A stretch of 64,000 bases of DNA from Candidatus Harrisonbacteria bacterium CG10_big_fil_rev_8_21_14_0_10_49_15 (GCA_002773415.1 PFBD01000020.1:25667-89666), one strand, 5' to 3'; counted from the first letter of the stretch, positions 35,432 through 46,798 are shown. Translations and numbers: made by a program. The notes: generated by a model from the letters alone, not told the origin.

Positions 35432-37552
35432 ATGCCTCGTATTTATCCTTTAGAAAGACTTCGCGACTTTGGAATTATCGCCCATATTGACGCCGGAAAA
35501 ACCACGACTTCCGAGCGTGTTTTGTTTTATACCGGTATCAGCCACAAGATAGGCGAGGTGCACGAAGGCGCGGCGGTGATGGACTGGATGGATCAGGAGC
35601 GAGAGCGGGGTATTACGATTACTTCGGCCGCGACCACTTGTTTTTGGATGCCGTCTTATATTTCAGAGGAAGACAGGGTTGCTAAGAAGCAGGAGAATAC
35701 ATTTCGCTTTAATCTGATTGATACGCCGGGGCACATTGACTTTACCGTTGAGGTGAAGCGATCTTTGCGCGTTTTAGACGGCGCGGTTGTGGTCTTTGAC
35801 GGCGTGGCTGGCGTGGAGCCGCAGTCTGAAACCAATTGGCGGTATGCGGACGAGTATAGCGTGCCGAGAATTTGTTTTATTAACAAACTAGACCGAACCG
35901 GAGCCAGTTTTGAAAAGAGTTTTGCTTCTATTCGGGAGCGCTTGAACCCGAACGCGATTGCTATTCAGCTGCCGATTGGTAGCGAGGGGGATTTCGCGGG
36001 TATCATAGATCTACTGCGCATGCAGGCCTTTACTTCCGAGGGAGAACGCGGTGAGAAGATAGTGGAGATGCCAATTCCGGAGAATATGGTTGAGGCGGCC
36101 AAGGCGGCGCGACACGAGCTTATTGAAAAGATCGTGGAAAATGACGAACAGTTGATGGAAAAGTACTTGGCCGGTGAGGAGCCGAGCCTGGCTGACTTGA
36201 AGCGGGTTTTGCGTAAAGCAACCTTGGAGGTGAAGATTATTCCGGTGCTTGTTGGCTCCGCTTTGAAGAACAAGGGCGTGCAGTTTGTGCTAGATGCGGT
36301 TGTTGATTACCTGCCGAGCCCGTTAGACTTGCCGCCGACCAAAGGCACGCACCCGGAGTCTGGTGAGCCGGTGGAGAGATTGCCGAAAGACGATGCGCCG
36401 TTTTCTGCGCTGGCCTTTAAGGTGGCGGCCGACCCATTTGTGGGTTCGCTGACCTTTTTCCGGGTTTACTCCGGTACTTTGAAAAAAGGTAGCTATATTT
36501 ATAACGTTACCAAGGGTGAGACAGAGCGGGCCGGCCGTATTTTGCGGATGCACGCGAACGACCGAGAAGAGGTGGACGAGCTTTACGCTGGGGACATTGG
36601 CGCTCTTGTTGGGATGAAGAACACAACTACCGGAGACACGCTTAGTACTCAAGAGGATCCAATTTTATTGGAGAAAATAATCTTCCCGGAGCCGGTTATC
36701 AGTGTGCGCATTGAACCAAAGACCAAAGCCGACCAAGAAAAGATGGGTGTGGCTCTGCGCAAGCTGGCTGATGAAGACCCGACCTTCCGCGTAAGTGGTA
36801 ATCCGGATACGGGTGAAACTATTATCGCCGGTATGGGTGAGTTGCACTTGGAGGTGTTGGTGGAGCGCATGAAGCGCGAGTTTAAGGTGGAGGCCAACGT
36901 GGGCCGACCGCAGGTAAGTTACAAGGAGACTATCAAGAAGGAGGCTCAGGCGGAAGGTAAGTACGTGAAGCAGTCCGGTGGTCGTGGTCAGTATGGTCAC
37001 GTGAAGATTCGGATTGAGCCACTGGAAATCGGTAAAGGATTTGAGTTTGTGAACGAGATTAAGGGAGGAACTATTCCACAGGAGTACATCAACCCGACGG
37101 AAAAAGGTATCAAAGAGGCGGTCTCGCGTGGTATCTTGGCCGGCTATCCGGTTATTGATGTTAAGGCGACTTTGTATGACGGAAGTTTTCACGAAGTGGA
37201 CTCTTCGGAAGCCGCCTTTAAGATGGCGGGCTCAATGGCCTTTAAGTCTGCCGCTCAGCAGGCTGGCCCGGTAATCTTAGAGCCGATTATGAGTGTGCAG
37301 GTAACTATTCCTGATCAGTATCTAGGGGACGTGACCGGAGATATTAGCGCGAAGCGTGGCCGGATAGAAAATATTGATGATCGGCCAATGGTCAAAGTGA
37401 TTGATGCGTTTGTGCCGCTTGCGGAGATGTTTGGTTACGCAACCAAGTTACGGTCGATGACGCAAGGTCGCGGAAACTACACAATGGAGTTTCATGCTTA
37501 CGAGGAGGTGCCAAGGAGTGTTGGCGAGGAGATAATAGCCGGCAGAAAATGA
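35432..37552 (+). CDS. fusA: Elongation factor G
   Basis: [30 protein letters not shown]. Confidence 0.99.
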   Translation: MPRIYPLERLRDFGIIAHIDAGKTTTSERVLFYTGISHKIGEVHEGAAVMDWMDQERERGITITSAATTCFWMPSYISEEDRVAKKQENTFRFNLIDTPGHIDFTVEVKRSLRVLDGAVVVFDGVAGVEPQSETNWRYADEYSVPRICFINKLDRTGASFEKSFASIRERLNPNAIAIQLPIGSEGDFAGIIDLLRMQAFTSEGERGEKIVEMPIPENMVEAAKAARHELIEKIVENDEQLMEKYLAGEEPSLADLKRVLRKATLEVKIIPVLVGSALKNKGVQFVLDAVVDYLPSPLDLPPTKGTHPESGEPVERLPKDDAPFSALAFKVAADPFVGSLTFFRVYSGTLKKGSYIYNVTKGETERAGRILRMHANDREEVDELYAGDIGALVGMKNTTTGDTLSTQEDPILLEKIIFPEPVISVRIEPKTKADQEKMGVALRKLADEDPTFRVSGNPDTGETIIAGMGELHLEVLVERMKREFKVEANVGRPQVSYKETIKKEAQAEGKYVKQSGGRGQYGHVKIRIEPLEIGKGFEFVNEIKGGTIPQEYINPTEKGIKEAVSRGILAGYPVIDVKATLYDGSFHEVDSSEAAFKMAGSMAFKSAAQQAGPVILEPIMSVQVTIPDQYLGDVTGDISAKRGRIENIDDRPMVKVIDAFVPLAEMFGYATKLRSMTQGRGNYTMEFHAYEEVPRSVGEEIIAGRK

Positions 37553-37732
37553 GGACATCGCGAATCACCAATAATCACTAATCGCACGAATGTGCTAAGA
37601 GATTATGAATTGGATTAGTTTGATTAGTGGATATTAGTGATTAGTGAGGTCCGGCGCATTGACAAAGTTGTCAGAAAAAGTACAATAAATCAATCATAGT
37701 TAGTAATTATCAAAATTTAATAAATTAAAAGT

Positions 37733-38932
37733 ATGGCAGAAAAGCAAAAATTTGAGCGGACTAAGCCGCACGTTAACGTCGGGACTATTGGTCACGTTGA
37801 CCACGGCAAGAGTACGCTGACCGCTGCCATTACCCACGTTCTGCATAAGAAGGGGCTGGCGGCGAAAGAGGTGAGTGTTGACGACCTGGACAAGAGTCCG
37901 GAAGAAAAGGCTCGTGGTATCACGATTGCCTTGCACCACTCTGAGTATGAGTCGGAGAATCGGCATTACGCGCACATTGACGCGCCGGGTCACGCTGATT
38001 ACATCAAGAACATGATTTCCGGTGCCGCCCAGATGGATGGCGCGGTTTTGGTTATCTCTGCCGCGGACGGTCCGATGCCGCAGACTCGCGAGCACATTTT
38101 GCTTGCCAGGCAGGTGGGCGTGCCTTCGATTATTGTTTTCCTAAACAAGGTAGATATGGTGGATGACCCAGAGCTCATTGACTTAGTGGAAGCTGAGGTT
38201 CGTGAGTTGCTGAAGAAGTACGAGTATCCTGGTGACGAGACTCCGATTATCCGCGGAAGTGCTTTGAAGGCGCTGGAAGCCTCGACTGCTGAAGACGATG
38301 CAGCGAAGCCTATTATTGAGTTGGTGGCCGCGATGGATAGCTTTATTCCGGAGCCGGTTCGTGATATTGAAAAGCCGTTTGCGATGCCGGTGGAGGACAT
38401 CTTCTCCATTGATGGACGCGGTACGGTTGTGACCGGTAAGATTGAGCGTGGTATCATCAAAGTTAACGATGAAATCGAGATCGTTGGTCTGCGCGACACG
38501 CAGAAGACGACTATCACCGGTGTGGAGATGTTTAACAAGTTGATGGACGAGGCGCAGGCCGGTGACAACGTCGGTTTGCTGCTACGTGGTCTCAAGAAGG
38601 AAGACGTTGAGCGAGGGCAGGTGTTGGCTAAGCCGGGAACCATTACTCCGCACACGGAGTTTGAAGCTGAAGTGTACGTGTTGAGTAAGGAGGAAGGCGG
38701 TCGGCACACTCCGTTCTTTAAGGGTTACAAGCCGCAGTTCTATATTGGTACGACTGACGTGACCGGCGAGGTTATATTGCCGGATGGAACTGAAATGGTC
38801 ATTCCGGGCGACACGGTGAACATCAATGTGAAGTTAATCGCGCCGATTGCGCTTGAAGAAAAACAGCGCTTTGCTATCCGTGAAGGTGGTAAGACTGTTG
38901 GTGCCGGTGTGGTAATCAAGATCACGAAATAG
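37733..38932 (+). CDS. tuf: Elongation factor Tu
   Basis: [25 protein letters not shown]; TTGACA-16-TACAAT promoter at 37659-37686. Confidence 0.99.
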   Translation: MAEKQKFERTKPHVNVGTIGHVDHGKSTLTAAITHVLHKKGLAAKEVSVDDLDKSPEEKARGITIALHHSEYESENRHYAHIDAPGHADYIKNMISGAAQMDGAVLVISAADGPMPQTREHILLARQVGVPSIIVFLNKVDMVDDPELIDLVEAEVRELLKKYEYPGDETPIIRGSALKALEASTAEDDAAKPIIELVAAMDSFIPEPVRDIEKPFAMPVEDIFSIDGRGTVVTGKIERGIIKVNDEIEIVGLRDTQKTTITGVEMFNKLMDEAQAGDNVGLLLRGLKKEDVERGQVLAKPGTITPHTEFEAEVYVLSKEEGGRHTPFFKGYKPQFYIGTTDVTGEVILPDGTEMVIPGDTVNINVKLIAPIALEEKQRFAIREGGKTVGAGVVIKITK

Positions 38933-38934
38933 TT

Positions 38935-39264
38935 ATGGCAACCAAGAAGAAGGAGACACAAGATCGCCTGCGCCTGCGCATCAAGGCTTACGACAGTAAG
39001 TTGATTGATACCAGTTGCAAGCAGATAGTAGAAACGGCTAAGCGGCACGACGCTGACGTTGTTGGTCCAACCCCGCTACCGACAGAGTTTCACAAGTACA
39101 CTGTCAACCGTTCTACTTTCATTGACAAAGATTCTCGGGAGCAGTTTGAGATGCGTGTGCATAAGCGATTGATCGACATCTTGAACCCGAATCACGGGAT
39201 CATTGAATCTCTCTCCTCTTTGAACTTGCCGGCTGGAGTAGACATCGAGATCAAGATGCTGTAA
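38935..39264 (+). CDS. rpsJ: 30S ribosomal protein S10
   Basis: [28 protein letters not shown]. Confidence 0.98.
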   Translation: MATKKKETQDRLRLRIKAYDSKLIDTSCKQIVETAKRHDADVVGPTPLPTEFHKYTVNRSTFIDKDSREQFEMRVHKRLIDILNPNHGIIESLSSLNLPAGVDIEIKML

Positions 39265-39286
39265 AGAGCAGATTGAGATGAAGCTA

Positions 39287-39314
39287 GCAAAAGACCCCGA
39301 AAGGGGTCTTTTGC
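39287..39314 (+). terminator. Intrinsic terminator after rpsJ
   Basis: gcaaaagacccc-gaaa-ggggtcttttgc. Confidence 0.85.
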
Positions 39315-39442
39315 GTATGGAAGAGGGTGTATTGACAAATTAGTATAAATATGCATAATAAAGAAAGCTCGCTACTTGTCCAGCTGTGCTGGCGTAGACG
39401 GGAACGGTTCTTTGATTTGGGCTTAGGCCCAAGGAGCTCGGA

Positions 39443-39919
39443 ATGTCAGAGATTCTGCTCAAGGTCCCCAACGTCCGTCCCGGGTCCCTTGCCAAGCTGG
39501 CGGCTTTTCTCGAGAGTACCCAGAATAGGGTCTCTGAGCGGGACAAGAGCCCAATGGCTACGCTCGTGGTGGCGAAGCGGTACAGTGGCAACGACAACCG
39601 CTACGGCCTGACGCTCAAGGTGGAGTTCTGGTGCGATTCGGAGATCGGCGAGTACGTTTCCATCCCCGCAGCGCAGCTCCAGCAGATCTGGGACGCGCTC
39701 GGGCTGTATCCGAACCAGGGTACGGTGACGAGCGCTCCCGCGCAGATCGGCGATGGCACGCTTAATGTCGCTGTGGAGGCGGCCGAGAAGGCGGCGATCC
39801 GTGCGGCACTGGAGCAGACCGGTGGACACAAGGACGAGGCCGCAGCGTTCCTCGGAATCTCCCGGAAGATCCTGTGGGAGAAGTGCAAGGTCTACGAGAT
39901 CGATTTCGGGATCGAGTAG
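39443..39919 (+). CDS. GC-rich protein with C-terminal Fis-type HTH
   Basis: EKAAIRAALEQTGGHKDEAAAFLGISRKILWEK; AAGGAG SD; TTGACA promoter at 39332; terminator at ~39998-40040. Confidence 0.8.
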   Translation: MSEILLKVPNVRPGSLAKLAAFLESTQNRVSERDKSPMATLVVAKRYSGNDNRYGLTLKVEFWCDSEIGEYVSIPAAQLQQIWDALGLYPNQGTVTSAPAQIGDGTLNVAVEAAEKAAIRAALEQTGGHKDEAAAFLGISRKILWEKCKVYEIDFGIE

Positions 39920-40183
39920 TGCGAAGTACCCCATCGCTGACCGGGGAGAGAATAGGTCAGCAGCCACGCTGAAGCCCGCCAAAGGTGGGTGAAGCGGACG
40001 GGCTCGACAGTAGGAACACCCTACAGTCGAGCTCGTTTTTTGTTATTACGCGTGTAATAACATATGTAAGGACATTGTTACGTAGCATGTTACGTAACAC
40101 TTCTGATACTGTTAAAACATGAATGTTTTAACAGTTTTTTTGGGCCAAAGGGCTGCATTTGAACCGTTCTTGTCGGGGGCTTT

Positions 40184-40254
40184 ACCCCCACACCAATCGG
40201 CCAGGACTGGCTTTGCCAGCTGGGCCGCACCTGCTGGCCGATTGGTGTGGGGGT
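40184..40254. repeat. ACCC..CCA / TGG..GGGT hairpin element (family E)
   Basis: acccccacaccaatcggccag...ctggccgattggtgtgggggt. Confidence 0.75.
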
Positions 40255-40411
40255 TTACAAATATGAAGAGCTTGTGTATACTAACCGGCATAGTTAGGTA
40301 AAGGTCTTGTGGAGCATGTTCTTCGCCGACCTGCAAAAACTAGTAATCAGCGTCTTATTGGAAGCTGAGCTAGGCTCAGTTTTTTAATTACTGGATTTCC
40401 GAATAAAAGCT

Positions 40412-40861
40412 ATGACAACCCTGAAGGGCACAAAACTAAAGATGACGAGTCTTTTCAAAGACGGACGCGCCTATGGTGTTACTCCGGTATCTTTGGATAC
40501 CAATGCTGATCTTTCCGTTCTGGAAGCAGGCTCTCTTATTCGAATTAGCGGCATTAGTAAGGGTAAGGGGTTTGCAGGCGTAGTAAAGCGACACAATTTT
40601 AGAGGGGGCCCGGCAACACACGGTCAGAAAGATAAGCACCGTAGCCCGGGCTCTATTGGTTCTACGGCGCCGCAACGCGTTTTGCCGGGTCGCCGGATGG
40701 CCGGCCGTATGGGTAATGAGCGAGTGACTATTAAGAATCTTCCGCTTGTTTCCGTTGATATTGAAAATAAGATCCTGATGCTGAACGGTTCAGTACCGGG
40801 TATTACTGGCCGAGAAGTCGAGATCGAATTACCGGTGGAGTTAGTAGAAGCTGGAAATTAG
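40412..40861 (+). CDS. rplC: 50S ribosomal protein L3 (internally shortened, 149 aa)
   Basis: SKGKGFAGVVKRHNF..HG..HRSPGSIG..GRMG. Confidence 0.95.
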   Translation: MTTLKGTKLKMTSLFKDGRAYGVTPVSLDTNADLSVLEAGSLIRISGISKGKGFAGVVKRHNFRGGPATHGQKDKHRSPGSIGSTAPQRVLPGRRMAGRMGNERVTIKNLPLVSVDIENKILMLNGSVPGITGREVEIELPVELVEAGN

Positions 40862-40864
40862 AAT

Positions 40865-41500
40865 ATGGAAACCACCAGTATGAAAACGGATGTTTTAAAT
40901 CTGAAAGGCGAGAAGGTTGGCGACGTTGAGCTCAATGAGGCTATTTTTGGTCGCGCTTGGAACGGAGACTTGGTTCACCAGGCCGTTGTTACCGCGGCCG
41001 CCAATCGCCGGAAGCCTTGGGCGCATGCGAAGACTCGGGATGAGGTGTCTGGTGGTGGTAAGAAGCCTTGGAAGCAAAAAGGTACCGGCCGAGCTCGTCA
41101 TGGATCTACCAGAAGTCCTATCTGGGTTGGTGGTGGTGCCGCGCATGGCCCACGCAATGACCGCGATTATTCTAAAAAGTTGAACAAGAAGATGGCCAGA
41201 GCGGCTTTGTACTGCGCTCTTTCCAAAAAGCTTGCTGATGGTGAAATGCGTTTTGTTGACTCTTTAACAATTGAGAGCACGAAGACCAAAGACTTGGTTG
41301 GCGCCTTAAAGAATTTTTTCAAAGCTAATCAGCCGCCGTCAACCTTGCTTGTGTCCGCTGATGGTAATAACTCTTTGGTTCGGATCTCCAACAATGTCCC
41401 TAAGGTAGATACTATCCACGGTAGCTCTATTGGTATTTCGGACCTACTGAGCCATCAGAATGTATTAATCGAGAAGGAGGCGATTGAACAGATCCGATAG
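40865..41500 (+). CDS. rplD: 50S ribosomal protein L4
   Basis: KPWKQKGTGRARHGS. Confidence 0.97.
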   Translation: METTSMKTDVLNLKGEKVGDVELNEAIFGRAWNGDLVHQAVVTAAANRRKPWAHAKTRDEVSGGGKKPWKQKGTGRARHGSTRSPIWVGGGAAHGPRNDRDYSKKLNKKMARAALYCALSKKLADGEMRFVDSLTIESTKTKDLVGALKNFFKANQPPSTLLVSADGNNSLVRISNNVPKVDTIHGSSIGISDLLSHQNVLIEKEAIEQIR

Positions 41501-41529
41501 AAAATTGGGAAATTAGAAGATTAGGAAAC

Positions 41530-41808
41530 ATGAATAAGCTTTTAGTAAAACAACCTATACTGACTGAAAAGGCGACCAGCTTGACTGCCGGAAACACCTA
41601 TACTTTTTTGGTAGAAGGTCATGCGAATAAGTCCGAGGTGAGTAAGGCGATTGCCCAGCTATATAAAGTTAAAGTTGAGGCTGTGCGCATAATTAACGTC
41701 AAGCCGAAGAAGCGTCGTTTGGGGCGGACCGTTGGCACTAAGCCGGGTTATAAAAAGGCGATGATCACTTTGAAGGCCGGAGATACTATTGATATAGTGG
41801 GAGCGTGA
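41530..41808 (+). CDS. rplW: 50S ribosomal protein L23
   Basis: PILTEK..YKKAMITL. Confidence 0.95.
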   Translation: MNKLLVKQPILTEKATSLTAGNTYTFLVEGHANKSEVSKAIAQLYKVKVEAVRIINVKPKKRRLGRTVGTKPGYKKAMITLKAGDTIDIVGA

Positions 41809-41909
41809 CGAGCTTTTTAGCTGATTAGCTTCTTAGGAAAGTAGCCGCACAGAGAAAATCGAAACCCTAATAAGCTAAACAGCTAATAAGCTAAACAGCT
41901 AATAAGCAT

Positions 41910-42752
41910 ATGAAAAAGTATAATCCAACAAGTCCAGGAAAGCGTCAGCAGGTCTCGGTTGAGTACCGGCAGGTTTTGTCGCGTGGTACAAAGAACAAGC
42001 CGAAGAAGTCTCTTTTGAAAACAATACACGCGGCCGCGGGGCGAAACCATCATGGCCGCATCACAACCCGACACCAGGGTGGTGGTCATAAGAAGCGTTA
42101 CCGGATGGTTGATTTTAAACAGCTGAAGCACGCTATTCCGGCAACTGTGAAAACGATTGAGTACGATCCATATCGGACTGCTTTTATCGCGCTTGTGGTG
42201 TTTGCTGACGGTGAGCAGAGATATATAATTGCGCCTCAGGATGTTGCTGTTGGTGACACTGTTATTGCCGCGGAAAAGACCGAAATAAAGCCGGGTAACC
42301 GGATGAAGCTTGAGAACATCCCGATTGGGCAGTTTGTGCACAATGTTGAGTTGAGGCCAAACGGTGGTGGAAAGCTGGCCAGAGCGGCCGGTTCTGCCCT
42401 TGAGGTGCTTGGTTCAAGCGAAGGAGTTACAGACTTAAAGATGCCTTCTAAAGAGGTGCGCCGAGTGCCGTCCGCTTGCTTTGCCTCTATTGGTAAGGTT
42501 TCTAATCCGGAGTATAACTTGACCAATATCGGAAAGGCCGGGCGCAGTCGCTGGCTTGGTATTCGCCCGACTGTTCGCGGTAGCGCGATGAACCCGGTTG
42601 ACCACAAATATGGTGGTGGTGAGGGTGTGCAGCCGCGTGGTACGAAGCGACCGAAGGATATTTTTGGTAATATCACTGGCGGCGTGCGTACTCGAAACAA
42701 GAAGAAATGGTCCAAGAAATTTATTGTTAAGCGTCGACCAACGAAACGATAA
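41910..42752 (+). CDS. rplB: 50S ribosomal protein L2
   Basis: [23 protein letters not shown]. Confidence 0.98.
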   Translation: MKKYNPTSPGKRQQVSVEYRQVLSRGTKNKPKKSLLKTIHAAAGRNHHGRITTRHQGGGHKKRYRMVDFKQLKHAIPATVKTIEYDPYRTAFIALVVFADGEQRYIIAPQDVAVGDTVIAAEKTEIKPGNRMKLENIPIGQFVHNVELRPNGGGKLARAAGSALEVLGSSEGVTDLKMPSKEVRRVPSACFASIGKVSNPEYNLTNIGKAGRSRWLGIRPTVRGSAMNPVDHKYGGGEGVQPRGTKRPKDIFGNITGGVRTRNKKKWSKKFIVKRRPTKR

Positions 42753-42757
42753 AAACT

Positions 42758-43072
42758 ATGTCTAGATCACTAAAAAAAGGACCGTACGTTTACGATCGGT
42801 TGCTGAAAAAAATGGAAAAGACTAAGCCGGGCGGCGCCCCTATCAAGACTTGGGCGCGCGACTCTATGATTGCGCCGGAGATGGTTGGTTTTATTTTTTC
42901 CGTCCACAATGGTAAGGATTTTATTGATGTGAGTGTGAAGGAGGAGATGGTTGGTCACCGTTTTGGTGAGTTCGCGCCGACTAAGAAGTTCTTGCGCCAC
43001 GGTGGTAAGATGCAGAAGCAGTTGGAGGCTTCCGCCGCTCAAAAACAAGCACCTGCTAAATCGGGTAAATAA
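42758..43072 (+). CDS. rpsS: 30S ribosomal protein S19
   Basis: [17 protein letters not shown]. Confidence 0.98.
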   Translation: MSRSLKKGPYVYDRLLKKMEKTKPGGAPIKTWARDSMIAPEMVGFIFSVHNGKDFIDVSVKEEMVGHRFGEFAPTKKFLRHGGKMQKQLEASAAQKQAPAKSGK

Positions 43073-43077
43073 GGCAT

Positions 43078-43602
43078 ATGACAAAAACTCAAAAAGCACA
43101 ATTAAGATATTTGAATATCACTCCCCGAAAGGTGCGTTTAATCGCGGCGACTTTGCGAGGCTTGTCTACTCAGGAGGCTGAGGCACAGTTACTCTTGCGC
43201 AGTCAGCGAAGTTCAATGCCGCTGTTAAAGTTGTTGCGTAGCGCTGTTGCAAACGCAAAGAACAATGAGCTTGATACTGACCGTCTTGTTATTTCTGAGA
43301 TATTGGTCAATGGCGGTCCGGTGTTGAAGCGTTATCTGCCGCGTGCCCAGGGGCGAGCGAGTTTGCTGCTGAAGCGGACGTCTCACATCAGCTTGACCTT
43401 AACTGAGCTGGAGGCTGGTCCTCGGAAGCGATTTGCGATTGTGCCGAAGGCAAAGAAGGACAAGAAGAAAGACTCTGATAAGCCGGCAAAGGCGGCTGTG
43501 AAAAAGCCGGCTAGCGCGGTGAAGAGGGAAGATGATAGCAAAGCGGCGAAGGAGGCTAAGCCGGGCACGTTGAAAAAGATGTTCCAGCGGAAGTCAGTGT
43601 AA
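43078..43602 (+). CDS. rplV: 50S ribosomal protein L22 with Lys/Ala-rich tail
   Basis: PRKVRL, SAVANA, PRAQGRA. Confidence 0.96.
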   Translation: MTKTQKAQLRYLNITPRKVRLIAATLRGLSTQEAEAQLLLRSQRSSMPLLKLLRSAVANAKNNELDTDRLVISEILVNGGPVLKRYLPRAQGRASLLLKRTSHISLTLTELEAGPRKRFAIVPKAKKDKKKDSDKPAKAAVKKPASAVKREDDSKAAKEAKPGTLKKMFQRKSV

Positions 43603-43683
43603 CATCAACGAACCGCGAACGAAGAGCGAAATTACGAAACATTGCAAATTAGATAAAAATACAGTAAAATATAGCGATTCATC

Positions 43684-44397
43684 ATGGGACAGAAGATAAG
43701 ACCAGATTCTTTCCGTCTTGGGATCACGCAGGGGTGGACCTCCCGCTGGTTCCCGAAGAGGGGATATAAAAACAAGCTTGAAGAGGATGTGCTCATCCGT
43801 CGGGTTATTAATGATCGCATTAAACTGGCGGGTATCGTTAGAATAGAGATAGAGCGCAACGCGAACAATCAGTACCGCTTGTTTATTAAGGCGGCTAAAC
43901 CCGGTATTATCATCGGACGAGGCGGTGCCGGTATTGAGGATCTGACAAAGATACTGACTAAAGAGTTGCAGGCTTTGCTCCGAAGCCGGGGAGTTACGGA
44001 TCCGAACGTGGCTATTAATTTGAATATTGAAGAGCTGAAGCGAACTGAAATAGCGTCAACTTATGTCGCGCAGACCATTGCTTGGGAGTTGGAGAAGCGT
44101 ATGCCGTTTCGGCGGACCATAAAGAAAACTCTGGAAGGAGTGCTTCAGAATCGGGATGTAAAAGGCGCGAAGATCCAGGTAGCCGGCCGTTTGGACGGAG
44201 GCGAGATAGCTCGCAGCGAATTTTTGTCTAAGGGTAAGTTGCCGCTACAGACCTTGCGCGCGAATATTGATTACGGTCGGGCAACTGCTTACACGACCTA
44301 CGGTACCATCGGGATCAAAGTTTGGGTTTATAAAGGTGATATTTTTTCCAAGGATGTTAAGGACGAAGCGACTGGTAAGTTTAAACAAGCCGTCTAG
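43684..44397 (+). CDS. rpsC: 30S ribosomal protein S3
   Basis: MGQKIRP, PGIIIGRGG, GRLDGGEIAR. Confidence 0.98.
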   Translation: MGQKIRPDSFRLGITQGWTSRWFPKRGYKNKLEEDVLIRRVINDRIKLAGIVRIEIERNANNQYRLFIKAAKPGIIIGRGGAGIEDLTKILTKELQALLRSRGVTDPNVAINLNIEELKRTEIASTYVAQTIAWELEKRMPFRRTIKKTLEGVLQNRDVKGAKIQVAGRLDGGEIARSEFLSKGKLPLQTLRANIDYGRATAYTTYGTIGIKVWVYKGDIFSKDVKDEATGKFKQAV

Positions 44398-44506
44398 TCA
44401 CGAATCACTAATAAGCATTAATCAAACTAATCTAATACAAAAAATCTGAAAGCTATTCGTCTGATTCGTGATTATCCGTGATTAGTGAAAAATTTTACAA
44501 AGTAAA

Positions 44507-44917
44507 ATGTTAACTCCAAAGAAAGTAAAACATCGTAAGTGGCATAAGGGTCGTAACCGCGATCGCAAGTTTAGTTTTCGTGGAACGACTTTGAGCTATG
44601 GCAGTTGCGGTATCAAGGCAACTACTTCTTCTTGGGTTAACTCTCGTCAAATAGAGTCTGCGCGAAGAACGATTACCGGTTTTTTGAAACGTGAAGGAAA
44701 AGTGTTTATCCGTATCTTCCCGGATAAGCCGGTTACAAAGCGGCCGCCGGAGGTGACCATGGGTGGCGGTAAGGGTGCCGTTGATCACTATGTTTTCCCG
44801 GTGAAGCCAGGTAGGATTCTTTTTGAAGTTGATGGAGTGAAAGAGGACAAGGCAAAAGAGGCCTTGCGCCGAGCAAGTCATAAATTACCGGTAAAGACTC
44901 GATTTGTCAGCCGCTAG
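44507..44917 (+). CDS. rplP: 50S ribosomal protein L16
   Basis: RQIESAR, IFPDKP, MGGGKG. Confidence 0.98.
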   Translation: MLTPKKVKHRKWHKGRNRDRKFSFRGTTLSYGSCGIKATTSSWVNSRQIESARRTITGFLKREGKVFIRIFPDKPVTKRPPEVTMGGGKGAVDHYVFPVKPGRILFEVDGVKEDKAKEALRRASHKLPVKTRFVSR

Positions 44918-44940
44918 AAGAATCAAATGAATTTACGAAT

Positions 44941-45192
44941 ATGAAACGAAAAGAGGTTCAAAAAATCAAAGAAAAGTCTGTCAGCGAGTTGCAGAAAGAT
45001 GCGGCTTCTTTGAAGGTGAAGACTGGTGAGATGCGCCGGGATTTGGTTGTTGGTAAGCTGAAGAATCCGCGTTTGATTGGGCAGACCAGAAAAGATATTG
45101 CTCGCTTGCTGACTGTTATGAATGAGAAGAAAATGATGATAGAAAGCAATAATACAAAGGTCACGAAGAATGATGTCACGAATCACGAATAA
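44941..45192 (+). CDS. rpmC: 50S ribosomal protein L29
   Basis: RKDIARLLT; position in operon. Confidence 0.92.
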   Translation: MKRKEVQKIKEKSVSELQKDAASLKVKTGEMRRDLVVGKLKNPRLIGQTRKDIARLLTVMNEKKMMIESNNTKVTKNDVTNHE

Positions 45193-45285
45193 TCACGAAT
45201 CAAACTAATCTAGTTAAAAATTCTGAGAGCTATTCGTGCGATTGGTGATGATTAGTGATTAGTGAAAACTTTTACGAAGTAAAAT

Positions 45286-45594
45286 ATGAAAAGAACTCTT
45301 CAAGGAACAATTGTTTCCGACAAAATGAATAAAACAGCGGTGGTTGCTGTGGCAACTAAGCAAAAGCACCCGAAGTATCTTAAGTACTACACGGTGACTC
45401 GGCGTTTTAAGGCTCATAATGAGGGCGACCAGTATAAAGTCGGTCAGGTTGTTGTTATTGAAGAAGCTCGACCAATGTCTAAAGATAAGCGGTGGGTTGT
45501 CACCGGTTTGGTTGAAGGGGCGCCGCAGCCGGAATTGTCTCCGAATAACGAATTACAAACCGAATCAACGAATGTAGAAAAAGATATTGGATAA
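45286..45594 (+). CDS. rpsQ: 30S ribosomal protein S17
   Basis: SDKMNKT..HPKY..RPMSKDKRW. Confidence 0.97.
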   Translation: MKRTLQGTIVSDKMNKTAVVAVATKQKHPKYLKYYTVTRRFKAHNEGDQYKVGQVVVIEEARPMSKDKRWVVTGLVEGAPQPELSPNNELQTESTNVEKDIG

Positions 45595-45639
45595 GGATTC
45601 GCTGATTCGTTATCCTATTCGATATTCGCAAACAAAAAT

Positions 45640-46017
45640 ATGTTGCAATTACGATCATTAGTAAAAGTTGCCGATAACAGCGGCGCGAAGAGCGTCAGGG
45701 TGTTTACTGTTCTTGGTGGTACCCGAAAGCGTTATGCGCAGATTGGTGATCTTGTGGTTGCGTCTGTGCAGACTGCTGAGCCGCGGCACGCTGGCAAGGC
45801 TATAAAGAAGAAGGACGTAGTTAAGTGTTTGGTTGTTCGTCAGCGTCACCCATTGCGTCGACCGGATGGTTCGGTTGTTCGCTTTGACGAGAACGCGGTG
45901 GTTATAATCGATGACAAAAAGCAGCCGCGCGCGACTCGTGTTTTCGGTCCGGTGCCGCGCGAGCTTAAGGAAAAAGGTTTTGACGCTGTATTTTCATTAG
46001 CCGAAGAGGTTGTGTAG
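45640..46017 (+). CDS. rplN: 50S ribosomal protein L14
   Basis: VADNSGAK, FDENA, RVFGPV. Confidence 0.98.
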   Translation: MLQLRSLVKVADNSGAKSVRVFTVLGGTRKRYAQIGDLVVASVQTAEPRHAGKAIKKKDVVKCLVVRQRHPLRRPDGSVVRFDENAVVIIDDKKQPRATRVFGPVPRELKEKGFDAVFSLAEEVV

Positions 46018-46020
46018 AAT

Positions 46021-46248
46021 ATGAAACTTTTTAAACAGTTAAAAAAAGGCGTTACGGCTACCGTTATCGCCGGTAAAGATAAGGGAAAGAGTGGCAAGGT
46101 TATTGCGCTTGTACCGGAGAAGAATCGAGTATTGATCGATGGTGTGAACATGTTCAAAAAACACAAGCGACCGACCAAGCAGGGCGAGAAGGGGCAGGTC
46201 GTGAGCGTCGCTCGTTCAATTCACGTATCTAACGTTAAAGTAAAGTAG
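46021..46248 (+). CDS. rplX: 50S ribosomal protein L24 (short)
   Basis: VIAGKDKGKSG..GVN..IHVSNV. Confidence 0.93.
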   Translation: MKLFKQLKKGVTATVIAGKDKGKSGKVIALVPEKNRVLIDGVNMFKKHKRPTKQGEKGQVVSVARSIHVSNVKVK

Positions 46249-46273
46249 AGATTAAAAAATTGGGAAATTAGGT

Positions 46274-46771
46274 ATGAAAAACAGTATTGAAAAAGTTGTT
46301 GTGAATACGAGCTTTGGTAAGCAGGCAACCGCCATGTCTGATTTTGAGTCTAAGGTACTGCCGGAGATCCGTACTGAGTTGGCTGCGATTATCGGGCAGA
46401 TGCCGCAAGTTCGGCCGGCGCGAAAATCAATTGCCGGTTTTAAGCTGCGCGAAGGTATGGCTGTAGGTATGCGGGCAACACTGCGCGGTGCTAAGGCGAG
46501 ACAGTTTGTTAGTAGGGTTGTGAACATTGTGTTGCCGCGTATCCGAGACTTCAGAGGGATTAAGTTAAGCGGGATAGATAGAGACGGTAACTTGACCTTT
46601 GGGATCAAAGAACATATTGTGTTCCCAGAGATCGTCCTGGAAGAATCAAAGGCCAACTTTGGCTTGCAGATAACGGTTGTGCCGCGTGAGCCAATGGAGA
46701 ACGAGGAGGCGATCGCCTTTTATCGCGAGTTAGGTATTCCATTTGAGAAAGAAGCAGTCGCGACTAGGTAA
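46274..46771 (+). CDS. rplE: 50S ribosomal protein L5 (N-terminally trimmed)
   Basis: EKVVVN, SIAGFKLREG, PRIRDFRG. Confidence 0.97.
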   Translation: MKNSIEKVVVNTSFGKQATAMSDFESKVLPEIRTELAAIIGQMPQVRPARKSIAGFKLREGMAVGMRATLRGAKARQFVSRVVNIVLPRIRDFRGIKLSGIDRDGNLTFGIKEHIVFPEIVLEESKANFGLQITVVPREPMENEEAIAFYRELGIPFEKEAVATR

Positions 46772-46798
46772 TATTGAAACATTTAAACATTCATTCGT

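Larger units (their letters stand above)
44397..45285. repeat. ~110-bp dispersed repeat, copies 44397-44506 and 45175-45285
   Basis: gtcacgaatcac..aatcaaactaatct..agctattcgt..gtgattagtgaaaa.ttttac.aagtaaaat. Confidence 0.85.
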
